Source of the DNA: Selaginella moellendorffii
Lineage: Eukaryota > Plantae > Lycopodiophyta
NCBI RefSeq assembly: GCF_000143415.4
Contig: NW_003314322.1
Coordinates: 1,128,067-1,192,066 of the forward strand
Length of the DNA stretch: 64,000 nucleotides
Direction: 5' to 3'
This document shows, piece by piece, positions 1 to 12,341 of the stretch (position 1 is the first letter of the stretch; every line of letters starts with the position of its first letter). A program made the position numbers and the translations under genes. The notes under the pieces are model-generated. The model had not been told where the DNA came from and did not search any database. It saw only the letters and a list, made by a program, of their open reading frames with translations.

Positions 1-445
1 GTAAATGGTACCGCCATTGACACCAAGGTGAGTGCGTCTTTGCGATGAATAGAGGCGCTTTCGACGCGAATGTACACCAAGGTACCTATGGTCTAGGTGA
101 TTTTTGTACACTCTCGTCGGCACTTGCGATTTCTACTTGTTTCTTGAGGCTGGAGGCCGTCTAATCTGGCGCAGTGCGTGAGATTCAAAAGGTTCGAAGT
201 GCTTTCTCTGGAACTGTTACTGGAAGCTAACAACTCTTCATTGACAGAGCAACGAGCAAGGCTTACATGGATAGAGCAAACGTTGCTGCATTGATTTGAC
301 GACTTGTTTCCCTTAGCTCTATATAATTCTTCTATCGATTCTTTGCATTACATGCCACCAAGCACCAACTACAAATGCTCAAGCCCAATCGATCCAGGGC
401 CGTTCGTCAACCTCCGGCAAGGCGTGTTTTTTCTAGGGTTCAGCA

Positions 446-1821
446 ATGAAGCATAAGATCTTACCGCTGCTCAAGGCGGTGAGGCAGGATGCGCTGCGCT
501 CTGGGGATGCTAAACTTGCGAGGTGGTGCAAAGATTTGGCCCGTGAGGCGGTCGCCGAAGGTAGAGAGCATAGGTGTCTCAGGGAGTTTTACGGGTCTGG
601 GAGTTTCACTCTCACCGATATCGGTGTCGTGGGTCGTGCCGTGCTCATCCTCTACGTGGGGAATCTCTTCTCCAGCACACTCGAGAAGCAGCGCTGCATC
701 TTCAGCTCGCTGGGCAGTGTCAAGGAGGTGGACTTGGACCTCCTGGTCGCGGCCGCGTCCAGGCTCCGCAAGCTGGACTGCTCTCCAGCTTACGAGGAGG
801 CGATCTGGGGAGTCTTGAAGCGAGTGTGCTCCACGGACTATTTCCTGAAAGAGGTAATGCTTTCCTAGTTTATAGCACATATACTCTTCGCTAAAGGTAA
901 GGTCTCTTTTAGGATCTGGCGACTGCCAGCCGAGTTTTCGGCAAGGTCATGGCGGCAGGAGGCGATTGTCACTCGCAGCAGTTGATGAACGCCATTCTTC
1001 AAGCCTACCGTGAAGTGGAATACGTCCACTATGACTCCAGGAGTTGTAACCGACTGGACTTTGACCCAGCCAAGCCCATCGATGAGGTCGTGGCACTCGT
1101 TGTGGCACCATTGGAGCCGGGGGAGCTGCTCAGGGGAATCAACGATTCTCCAGTTCTGGAGCAGCTGACGACGAGGAGGCCAGATCAGCAGTCGCTGATA
1201 CCTCATACCGAAGCCGTGATGGTTTGCATTGAGCACGCAGTGATGTGGCTCTGCAAATCCAAGCTTCGGGTTTTCTACCCGCTTGCTATGACTTGTAAGT
1301 TTTTCCAAGTCTGTAAGCTTTCTAGGTCCGTGCTTTAATGGTTTTTATGCTTACCTTGTAGACCAAGATATAGCAAAACTTTCCATCGAGGACGAGAGGT
1401 TGTTCCAAAGGTTTTGGTACGTCGCTATTGAAATGTACCTCATAACTAATGTGCCAATCAAACAGGAACGTTCGTATCCCATCACCTCTGGAACGAGGGC
1501 TCCGGGTTATAGCCATAGATGATAGGTTGCCTATTATTTCTTTTTTCGTGTGTAATATTTACGCTTTTTCACTGCAGTGATGCACTCATGGACGGGGATC
1601 TGCACTATGTCCATGCTGAAGATTACAAGAGCATCACCCCGGTCCTCCTCGAGGATATGTCCATCAAAGAACTTGAGGTTCTCAAGAAACTCGCGTTTCA
1701 TTATCGGGCCACTACTGCAAACTTGGAGTACGAAAGAAGTGTTGCTTGTGGCATAGCGGCAGATTTCTTCATGGAATACGGGAGATCGGAGCCACCTCAG
1801 TATCGCTATCTTTTAACCTGA
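446..1821 (+). CDS. Multi-exon gene of unknown function (may begin upstream of 446 or outside the window)
   Basis: ORFs 446-868, 949-1338 and 1519-1821 are separated by short GT..AG intron-like segments (GAG|GTAATG near 853, TTTTAG| near 912, T|GTAAGT near 1295, CTGCAG| near 1577). No domain recognised. Confidence 0.4.
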
Positions 1822-2199
1822 ATGTTTTCGTATTTTAACTTTTTCGGTAAGCCCTTTTTTTGGAACAACGAGAAATAAAATTGAAACTAAGCAGAAATTA
1901 CAGAAACTCATAACTCAAAACTCTTGGTTAGACATGGCTCACATTTAGTTTGTTTTATCGGTTGATCTGCCCGTGCGGGTGCATTAGACTCGTGGAAACC
2001 ATGCTTTCGGTCTAGCTTCAAAATTAATGTCTAAAGCTAACACTGTTTCTTCTAAAGGTAAAAGAACCAGTTTTATAGTAGTAGTTAACATTTACATTCA
2101 CCTTATATAATAAAAAAAAAATAGAAATGTTTATTTAGTATTCTGACACTTAAAATTAAAACTGTTTACATTTTAAAATATAATTATTACAAGAGCATT

Positions 2200-4500
2200 A
2201 CCAAAAGCAAAGTAACTCCAATTTCATAGGCTCCATGGAAAGACAGAGCTATATCCTTCTAGGTTTTGTGTTTATAAGTGATATATAAGGTAGTTTTTAC
2301 ATATTTTTTGCTTCTAACTATTAATAAAATATTGAAATTATCATATTATTGAAATTTGAAATGATAATAATGTTTAAGGTAAATCCTTTTTGGTTTGATT
2401 TATTGCCATTAATTTGATGTTATTATTTTTTGCTGATGTGAGAGCGTGATTTGGATTGGAGAGCTATAGATGATGCAATCCTAGAAGATGTTCAAGGATT
2501 AAACATCTTTTTATTTTTTTTAATGTTGGGTATAAAATTTGATTTCTTTAGAAATAAATGAGAGGATGAATCAGAGATTTCATAGGGTGACTATCACTTA
2601 AAAATGCTACTTGATATGTCATCTTCCTCTACAGTAATAGTATATAGTTTTCATTCTTAGTTCAGTGTTTCATAAGTTAGGTTATCCTCATATAGCCAAG
2701 AATATTAAAGTCCTAAAACACTCTTGGTTTATTTATTGCTTAATATTATTTATGATATTATGTAATAATTTTGAAATTATAAAATTTAGATTCTTTAGTG
2801 AAAAGGAAGATTTTCTTGACCAATCAATTGTGAGGAATCCATTGCTTCCAACCATTCTTCAATACCTCATAAGTAGAGCTCTTCATCCACAAAGTTCCTT
2901 GCTTTAATGATATAATAAGCATGCAACAGTGGATTGCTTTTATTGAGAACTGGCTTGGAAGTGTTCCTACAAAGCTGAAGGCCACAACAACCTATAAATA
3001 TAATAAGCAATGATCAAGGTGGCACCTTCATTCTTATAACTTTGAAAAAGATAATGGAAAGACATCTAGGAGTGTCCAGTGGAAATTCTTATCTGCAAGA
3101 GATTGTTAGAGTAAGTTTTACTAGATTTTTTCTGTTTATGAGCTTCACCCATCATTAAAACTATCTAGTAATTGAAAAATTAATATGCAAGGTTAAATTT
3201 CTATAATTTATAAACATATTTAACTTTATAAATCTAAGATGATAGTATATACCAGAATATCTTAGGATATACCTAAGAATGTCAAAATTAACAATATCAC
3301 ACCCCACAACACCAAAAACTTGATTATGTGTGGCACAACAATAGAAACAACATTATTGGATGAGGACAATAAAGCATTTGCAACCTTAAGTTACACATTT
3401 ATGATGGTGTGAAATAGAAAAAGAAGGGAATGCAGTAGGAAGAGAAAATCTAATTGCTTCACTCTTAAAATTGGCAAAACCAAAAGTGTTTCTCTTTAAG
3501 AATGCCTCTCATCTTGACATAGAAATATGTACATCAATCCCTACTATACACAAGAATGGATGGCCATTCATTGATGGACAACCCATATACTATAATACTA
3601 TAGTTAATGTATTTACTTTGTAATATAATACATGTATTATCCCAATATTTTGCACTAAGATTCTACAAAATTGGTTCTTAGGATTCTTTTTCTTGTGGAA
3701 ATGCTGATGATCACTAGAACTTGCTTCTTCATCTATCCAACAGGTACTTAGCAAGTCTAAAGTCAAGAGTCATGGAAGCTCTAGAAGGAGTTTTTGACTG
3801 GAAAACTACATGACAGTGTTTTTTTGCATCATATCTTAACACTATGATAGGCCATCACAGGCACTATGTCCAGATTCCCCAAGCTAGACCATATAAAGAG
3901 TAGGATTTGATAACTTGTGTTGGTTGGCTTCTCTGCATTGAGATCACATCACTACAGCTATTGGCATCTTTGCTAGCAAAAAAATAAAAGAAGCCTTAGT
4001 AAAGAAACTTTAATCACTAAATAAATTTGGTAAGTAAATAGAATCAATACAAGAAATCTATAAAAAGAAACAAGTTCTATGCTACTTAAACTAAATACAT
4101 TGTTATTAGTAGTAGAAAATTTTATTCTCAAATTTCTGAGTAAATACTGAGGCTGTATACAATACTTCATTAAGAAATCAAAAAAATATTGACTAGATAT
4201 CTGAAGCCTCTTAAATAGTATTGAAAGAAGTAAGAGTATAGGTATAAGAAGCTTTATGACAGATGTAAGTAAAGTAAATAACATATACTTCCTGAATAAT
4301 TACTTATATACATACATAATAAAGAATAGTAGTTGAATTAAAATTACAATCACCTGTTTTTTTCTTTGTCATAACACTCATATTTTTGGTTGTCAAGGAC
4401 TAGAGGAAATAGAATGTTGCAAAGGGATGTAACACCTTCTACATTTCAATTGTGTTCATGATGCTTGAGGTTAGATAAAATTAAACATGGATCAATCAAT
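2200..4500 (-). pseudogene. Heavily eroded coding relic (gene or transposase) in AT-rich, CpG-poor DNA
   Basis: The minus-strand frame at about 3620-3970 is flanked by splice-like sites and interrupted by stops explainable as CAG/CGA/CAA deamination. Family not identifiable. Confidence 0.25.
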
Positions 4501-4803
4501 GACTTTCTTGTGAGACACAAAATCCCTAGGCCCCAAAGTGGAGCCGAAGGGGCGCCACGTGGTAGTGGCCGAAGCGAAAGCCAAACGAGCGTAACACATT
4601 TGGACTAAAAGCTCCGCCTTGAAAGGTCGAGAGCGGGAGTGGAACTCCCAACGAAGTGCTCGAGGAACAAGCACAAAGAGAGTAATAAGCGAGATGGAGT
4701 CCGAGATGGACCCGAGATGGAGTCTGAGATGGAGTCCGAGATGGACCCGAGACGGAGTCCAAGATGGAGTCCGAGATGGACCCGAGATGGAGTCTGAGAT
4801 GGA

Positions 4804-6522
4804 TGTAAGCGACTAAATTTTCCATTCTACTTTAGTCACTTAACCACACCTCTGACCACTTGGAGGAGTCTCATTCACAACCTCCATAAGTCCAATCCAG
4901 GACTTGGGACTTGCTAGCCCCGAGAATGGCATCCATGCCACTCAACATTTGCACTTGGTCCAAGTGCTCCACGTGACCGATCCCATGACCGACACTCAAA
5001 GGTACCACCGACATAGCAGCCCGTTACACTAAGGCCATGCCCAATCACCTTTGCCATACTGGTAGTCCAATACCACTTGCATCACCGTCTTGGCTCTCCA
5101 AGACTAGGCAAACCATCCGTGAGTGGTCATCTCAGATCCACTCCTTAGCATCCTTAGGATGCCCACCGACAAGGGGAATAGCCTTCCCTAATATCCCTCT
5201 GTCAGTCCCCACTAAGTCCCTTTCTGCCCACTGGATCGAGACCCACAGGCCCGACCACTAAGTCCCACGGTCCTCTGGGACTTCCTCACCACATGACTGT
5301 GTCCTTGGTCACTACCCCAGAGGACTGCTCCTCTTCCTTTCCACAGTCTGGGCCTTTGGGACAACATTTCGGAACACCGTGGCCTTACGCGAGCCACCTG
5401 GGTACTCTCCTCGCCTTCTGCCCTTGGGTGCTCTAGCCATGGGCTTAGAGCGGGTTCCGTTGAGCCACACCAGGTATCCAAGTAGGTAGTGCCACCCACA
5501 CTTGGACTGGGAGCATCGGCCAGTCGATCTCCCGGGGGAACTAGAGCCGGCTCTTGAACACTTCACCAAGCTACCCCGCTTGTCGGTCCGTGTTCACTCT
5601 AGTTTTGGACTTCCCAATGGGCAGCTCATCACCCAACACTGGGTCCGGCCTTCATGGGCCAAACTGGCCTTTCCTGGCCAAACTGGCTCCACTGCAGTCC
5701 TCCCCCTACTATACTTTTGGAGCTCACCAAACCCCCCAGGGTCTGGGAGACGAACGCTTTGGGCTTTCACCCTCTCAGGCTCCGGACTCGGACTCGGACT
5801 CGGACTCGGACTCGGACTCGGGTTCGGACTCGGACTCAGGGTCGGGTTCGGTCTCGGCCTCGGCCTCGGTCTCGGTCTCAGTCCCAATCTCGGTCTCGGT
5901 CTCGGTCTTGGTCTCGGTCCCGGTCTCGGTCTCGACTTCGGACTCCATCTCGGACTCCATCTCGGACTCCATCTCGGGTCCATCTCGGGTCCATCTTGGA
6001 CTCCATCTCGGACTCCATCTCGGGTCCATCTCGGACTCCATTTCGGGTCCATCTCGGGTCCACCTCGGACTCCATCTCGGACTCCATCTCGGACTCCATC
6101 TCGGGTCCATCTCGGGTCCATCTCGGACTCCACTTCGGACTCCAACTCGGGTCCATCTCGGGTCCACCTCGGACTCCACTTCGGACTCCATCTCGGACTC
6201 CATCTCGGGTCCATCTCAGACTCCACTTCGGACTCCAACTCGGGTCCATCTCGGACTCCACTTCAGACTCCAACTCGAGTCCATCTCGGACACTCCCACA
6301 TGTCATGTGTTGGTCCTTTTGGGTCCCTTTTTGGAGCCTCGCCTTTTTCTCGCTTCGTTCTCGTTCCTCGAGCACTTCGTTGGGAGTTCCACTCCCGCTC
6401 TTGACTTTTCAAGTCGGAGCTTTTGGTCCAAACGTGTTACGCTCGTTTGGCTCTCGCTTCGGCCACTACCATGTGGCGCCCTTCCGGCTCCACTTTGGGG
6501 CCTAGGGATTTTGTGTCTCACA
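4804..6522 (+). mobile_element. Solo LTR, family S copy 2 (1719 bp), inserted in opposite orientation into the repeat array of copy 1
   Basis: Starts TGTAAGCGAC, ends GTGTCTCACA. TSD ATGGA at 4799-4803 and 6523-6527. Confidence 0.92.
5778..6292 (+). repeat. Compound minisatellite inside family S LTR: (CTCGGA)n, (CTCGGT)n, then 11/12-mers GTCCATCTCGG / CTCCATCTCGGA
   Basis: Directly visible. Also at 4690-4803 and 6523-6912 (reverse) and 55640-56020. Confidence 0.95.
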
Positions 6523-9500
6523 ATGGAGTCTGAGATGGACCCGAGATGGACCCAAGATGGACCCGAGATGGGACTCGAGATGGACCCGAGATGGAGTCCG
6601 AGATGGAGTCCGAGATGGACCCGAGATGGAGTCCGAGGTGGAGTCCAAGATGGACCTGAGATGGACCCGAGATGGAGTCCGAGATGGAGTCCGAGATAGA
6701 CCCGAGATGGAGTCCGAAGTCAAGACCGGGACCAAGACCGAGACCGGGACCGAGACCGAGACCGAGACCGAGACCGGGACCGAGACCGAGACCGAGATTG
6801 GGACCGAGACCGAGACCGAGGCCGAGGCCGAGGCCGAGTCCGAGTCCGAGTTCGAATCCGAGTCCGAGTCCGAGTCCGTGTCCGAGTCCGAGGCCGAGTC
6901 CGAGTTCGAGTCTGAGAGGGTGAAAGCCCAAAGCGTTCGTCTCCCAGACCCTAGGGGGTTTGGTGAGCTCCAAAAGTATAGTAAGGGGGAGGACTGCAGT
7001 GGAGCCAGTTTGGCCAGGAAAGGCCAGTTTGGCCCAGGAAGGCCGGACCCAGTGTTGGGTGATGATCTGCCCACTAGGAAGTCCAAGATTAGAGTGAACA
7101 CAAGCCGACAAGCGGGGTAGTTTGGTGAAGTGTTCAAGAGCCGGCTCTAGTTCCCTCGGGAGATTGACTGGCCGATGCTCCCAGTCCAAGTGTGGGTGGC
7201 ACTACCTACTTGGATACTTGTCGTGGCTCAACGGAACCTTGCTCTAAGCCCATGGCTAGAGCACCTAAATGCGAAAGGCGGGGAGAGTACCCATGAGGCT
7301 TGTGTAAGGCCACGGTGTTCCGAAATGTTGTCCCAAAGTCCCAGACTATGGAAAGGAAGAGGAGTAGCCCTCTGATGTGGTGACAAAGGACACGGTCACA
7401 TGGTGAGGAAGTCCCAAAGGACAGTTGGACTTAGACGTCGGGCCTGCGGGCCTTGATCCAGTGGCAGTGTTGGTGAACACAGCCATCGACAAAGAGGGAC
7501 TTAGTTGGGACTGGAAAAGAGATATTGAGGAAAGTTATTCCCTAAGTCTGCAAGTATCCTAAGGATGCTAAGGAGTGGATCTGGAATGATCACTCATGGA
7601 TGGATGGCCTAGTATATGAGAGACGGGATTGCAATGTAGGTGGTGTTGGACCATCAGTGTGACCAAGGTGAATAGGTATGGCCTCAGCGTAACGAGCTGA
7701 TATGTCGGTGGTACCTTGGGGTGTCGATCATGGGATCGGACACGTGGAGCACTTAGACCAAGTGCAAAGGTTGAGTGGCATGGATGCCATTCTCGGGGCT
7801 AGCAAGCCCCAAGTCCTAATTGGGACTTATGGAGGTTGTGAATGAGACTCCTCCAAGTGGTCGGAGGTGCGGTTAAGTGACTAAAGTAAAATGGAAAATT
7901 TAGTCGTTTACATTTCTCTTGTCACTTATCTTTTAGAAATGACTATGGCAACATTCCTTTCACAATGCATGATAGAGGATATATGATATGTAGCAACAGT
8001 GATATTTATGTTGTTTTCAAGAATTAGGAAAAAAAACCAAGCTTTTTTGTATCCAAGAATTATCAAAGGTCAAAAGGAGCACTAAAGCCAAAGCCAAAGG
8101 ACAATATGGTTGATTGCATTGATCGTATTATCAATCAATGAAACTTTAATCAAAGAGTTTAGAGGATTTTGCACACACCATTAATTTAAGTGATTTAATG
8201 ATAATGCGTTCATATTACATTAGATTTTGCAAACTCTAATTTAATAATTGAATTTAATGGTAATTTATTCAAATAAAAAATTAATATTAAATTAGTATAA
8301 TGCTATAATTAGAATTTCTTTTGGTTTCTTTATTTTGATAAAATTGTAATTCAACCCTTTTTGTAATATTAGGATTAAAATATTCAGAAATATTCTATAG
8401 AGCAAGTAGTGGCAATGCCCAAGGAGTAGTAAAGTGTCATGTTGACAAATGTACCATGGCAAAGACAAAATAAAAGATCAATTATTAGGTATTTTAAAGT
8501 ATTTCTAGCATATTTTAAAGTATAGAACATACACTAAATATTTTCAACCAATTTGCTGGGAATACTATAAATGATTAAAGTAGTTTATTATATTTACTAA
8601 AGGCTTTAACTCAATTAATGGTGGAAATCTTGACCTAGGTTCTTATAATGTTATTGTTAAAGGTCTTGGCCTAAATGTTGGAGATATTGTTGATATTTAT
8701 TTTTCTAAGATTTCTAAGTGTTATTACACAGCATAGAAAATTATTAATTTTTATGTCTATTGTTTTATAAATTTTGTTTTTATTATATTAGTGTATTTAA
8801 TTAAATTAAGATGTGATCACATGTATATAACAATCCTTGAAAATTGTAGTTGCATCCAATATTTTTCAACTAGTATGAGCTTTATGGATAAAGGCATCAA
8901 ATTTTGCCATGATGATATTGATATTAATATTTTTTAATTTCTTAACTAATATATATAAAATATATATATATATAATATAAAAAAATACTGTAAGCTTATA
9001 TAGTTAAAAATAAATTATTGAAAAAACAAAAGAAAATAATAGCTTCTTTTATTTTAAAAAATTATAATATTCTTATATTATTTATTAAAAAAATTAAAAA
9101 ATAATTTATGTAACCATAAACCCAAGATAGAATTTGTTTTGTAATGTGGTTTAATTTTATATTATATTTTACTTAGTAATTTTCTAAGCTAAAAAATCAA
9201 GAGAAAAAACTTAAATAAAATCAAAGAAAATTATGTTTTTTTATAAAGATTGAGTATGATTTATATGGTTCTCTTATATTTTGTAGATCTAACTTAAAAT
9301 ATTTATTAATTAATAATTTTAAACTTAATATTTAACTGCTGGATACTAATATTATAATAATTAGATTAAAAGTGTTTTCCATTTGAGAGTGTTTGAGAAA
9401 TATTCCAAGAATATTATCTTTGGATGGAGTAGATTAAATGTTATAATATGATCAATGGCTAAAATTTATTTTGTGGTCTTAAACCATTTTACTTTACCTG

Positions 9501-9841
9501 AGTAAAAAATGGATTCAAATTAAAAGTAAAATTCTGTAAGAAATTTCTTTCTTTTAGAGTATTTCAAGAATATTATATTTGGATGGGCTAGATTGAATGT
9601 TATGCTAAAATTAATTTGCTGTTGTTTACTTAAGGGAAATTAGTTTTATTTTCTAACTTTTACCCGTGGAAAAAACAATTTAAATTTAAAAAACAATTTC
9701 AGATAAAGCTACTGCTCCAGCTAAGTGTTTGAACAAGCCTCTGTGGGATAACTTCCAGGAGCCCCACTAATTTAAGTAGTTCAGCCACTCCAAAATAAAA
9801 GTGGCTCACAAATACATCGTGGGAGTGGATTGGATTGTGTT

Positions 9842-10100
9842 GCTATGCGTGGAAGAGTGTGCACAGCTAGAGAGATCTTTGAAAAGGTGGCAGACCATTT
9901 CGTCACACGTTTGAATGTTAGAATGCAATGATCATGGTCTACGCTTATAGAGGCTTTTGCTGCTCAAATCTCTCCAGATCCATTTATAGAGTACACCAGT
10001 GCGTTCGCCACCAATGTATCCACTGTCGTGAAAAGAGAAGCCCTGATTAGGGCCTCCCTCTTCTCACAGATGGCTGAGAAGGACTTGGCGAACTCTGCCG
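9842..10100 (+). pseudogene. Decayed PLS-type PPR fragment
   Basis: Translates as AMRGRVCTAREIFEKVADH ... *NAMIMVYAYRG ... ASLFSQMAEKDLA, matching PPR consensus A..IFD.M / WNAMI..YA..G, with stops and frameshifts. Confidence 0.6.
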
Positions 10101-10658
10101 CTAACAAAGTTTTTCGCTGCTGCCTTTTGACCCTTTGATGATTAGGTTCTTCAGATTAAACAGAAAAAGAAAGGAAAAAACAAACAATGAAAATGTAGAA
10201 GAGTCGCTATCGACAGCTCAGCATTGTTCTGTGTACTCGACAACCTAGAGAAAAAGGGAAAGATTATAGGTGTTTGATATAAGCATTAAATACTTGATTA
10301 AATGACTAAACAATGGCATGGGTGAAGTGTTCTAGCAAAGAAAAGTAAGCGAACTTAAAACTTTCGTGCAGACTGGACAATCTTGTTGTGCATCAAAACT
10401 CCATCTTGCAGTGAAGGTGGATCAGTGCACCAGTGGAGAGCTGTGAGGAAAGCTACCTTCTTTCCTTCTCCTTACATTTGATCTAGGAGTTTGATGCACT
10501 CGTTGCTCCATCCATTTTCTTTTAGGGCGCGGGAGAATGTGGATCGAATGTAGCGTGTTCCAAGGCGCTTGTCTGGGCGCGATCACGCGAGATCGCTGCG
10601 GCGCTGGCGCCAGCATCATCGGCGTGGAGCGGCGATTACCCGGTAATCGGCGGCAGAG

Positions 10659-12341
10659 ATGGAGTGATCGCCCTTGCGTGCTCAGCGCCGCCAAAAACGC
10701 ACGAGTGGCGCCTGGACAAGCGCGACGCTCTTCTACTTCTTCTTCTTCTACAAGGTTCGCTCGTTCTTTCTTTCTTGTGCTTGCGTGCTTTCATTCTTCT
10801 TCGTCATGCGCGTGTGTTTTGTTCCCTTGGTGCTTCTTTTCCAGGTAGCAAGTGTAGCATTTGCTCTAAGTTTTACTTTCCTGTGCTTTTAGATCGCCTC
10901 AAGCGGTGGAGCTCCTCCACCACCTTACCATGGTGTCGATGCTACGCTTCGGGGACTGGCAGGAGCAGCGGAAGGATTTGGTGCCGCTTCGATCGGTGGC
11001 CTCGAAGGCGATACTTATCCCGTCACCAATCTCCTTGGTAAGAAACGGAAATGAAAGCTTTCATGGAGTGTTTCTTAGCTCGTGTTCCCGTGCTTGTACT
11101 TTTATAGATGACGGTCCTGGAAGTCTTCGTTATGCTGCTGCTCGAGACGAGCCACTCTGGGTTGTGTTTAACGTTTCAGGAACAATTTCTCTAGCGTCCC
11201 CGCTCAGAGTCACGTCCCACAAGACGATCGATGGCCGCGGCCAACGGATCAAAATCACTGGAAACGGTCTGCTCCTGCAGAGCTGCGAGCATGTCATCGT
11301 AAACAATCTCGAGTTTGAGCGAGGCCGCGGCGATGCCATCACAATTGTCGCTGACGCCAAAGACGTGTGGATCGATCGCTGCACGCTCTCGGACTACAAT
11401 GACGGCCTCATTGACATCACGAGACGGAGCACTCGCGTGACGGTTTCCAGGTAACTCGAAGAAGTCCACGCAAGTTTTTTACTGGGCCTTTCCCTTTCGT
11501 TCTCTTTTGCAGATGTCACTTTTATCAGCACAAAAAAACGATGCTTATCAGTGCCAATCCTCGTCACGTCGGGGATAGAAACATTAAAGTTACAATCCAC
11601 CATTGTTACTTTGATCAGACGCAAGAACGACATCCTCGAGTGAGATTCGCGAAAGTCCATCTTTACAACATCTACTTTCGGGAGTGGGGGGTGTATGGTG
11701 TTCGCGCTAGCGTGGAAGCTCAGGTGCTCTGGTCTGATCTGATCTTATTCCATCACGCTTAACTTCATCCTCGTTTTTTTCTCGTAAATGTTGGCAGATT
11801 GTCTCGGAGCACAACGTTTATGAGGCCGGAACCAGCAAGCGTGCTTTCGACTATTTTATTGAAAAGGTGACGCATCGCGGCCCATGTCCTTGACTGTCTT
11901 TTTCTCTTTTGGGCATGAAAGCCACTCAACTTTTTCTCCTTTCTCCCTGTCAATCTGTCGAGATCGTATTTTAATCTTTGCCCCCTTTTTGTTCCAGGCT
12001 CCCGATAGTGATATAGCCGTTGCTGGCAGCATCAGCTCTGATGGAGATGTGTTTCTCAATGGAGCCGAAGGCCCAGCAAACTCCACTGCCTTCCTTCCAG
12101 AAGATTACTACTCGATGAATCCCAAAGTGCATCCGGCAGGCAAGCAGCTTGTCAGAGTGATCAGGGAGACGGCTGGGTGGCAAAACATACCGCTTCCCGG
12201 CAGCTCGTCCGTCAAGGTAAGTTCGATTTCTTTTTCTAAGTGCCTCGATCAATTCCCGTTTGATTTCAGAAAAGCGACTCGCGTTTTGATGAGCACCACC
12301 GTTGTCATCACCAAGCGTCTTACTGCGCAACCAGAAGCTAA
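10659..12341 (+). CDS. Pectate lyase (PL1 family), multi-exon; 5' end uncertain, TGA at codon 3 of the likely first exon
   Basis: Motifs AEGFG, DDGPGSLR, KTIDGRG, WIDRC, DGLIDIT, RHPRVR, VHLYN; short GT-AG introns. Confidence 0.88.

Larger units (their letters stand above)
4509..7912 (-). mobile_element. Solo LTR, family S copy 1 (about 1.68 kb), interrupted by a sister copy
   Basis: TG...CA termini and 5-bp TSD TTTCT (4504-4508 and 7913-7917). Reverse complement of the elements at 4804-6522 and 54638-56254. Strand is given relative to those copies. Confidence 0.9.

Noticed and set aside
5778-6912. CRISPR-like repeat array
   Set aside because: Contiguous 6-12 bp units with no unique spacers, in a plant genome with no cas genes.
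5502-7189. Long ORFs with SR, DS, GL and PR dipeptide runs on both strands (also 55361-56422)
   Set aside because: Stop-free translations of the CTCGG minisatellite inside TSD-bounded solo LTRs; frames differ between copies.
9395-9615. Degenerate ~155-bp duplication in AT-rich DNA
   Set aside because: No termini, TSD or coding signal to support an element call.
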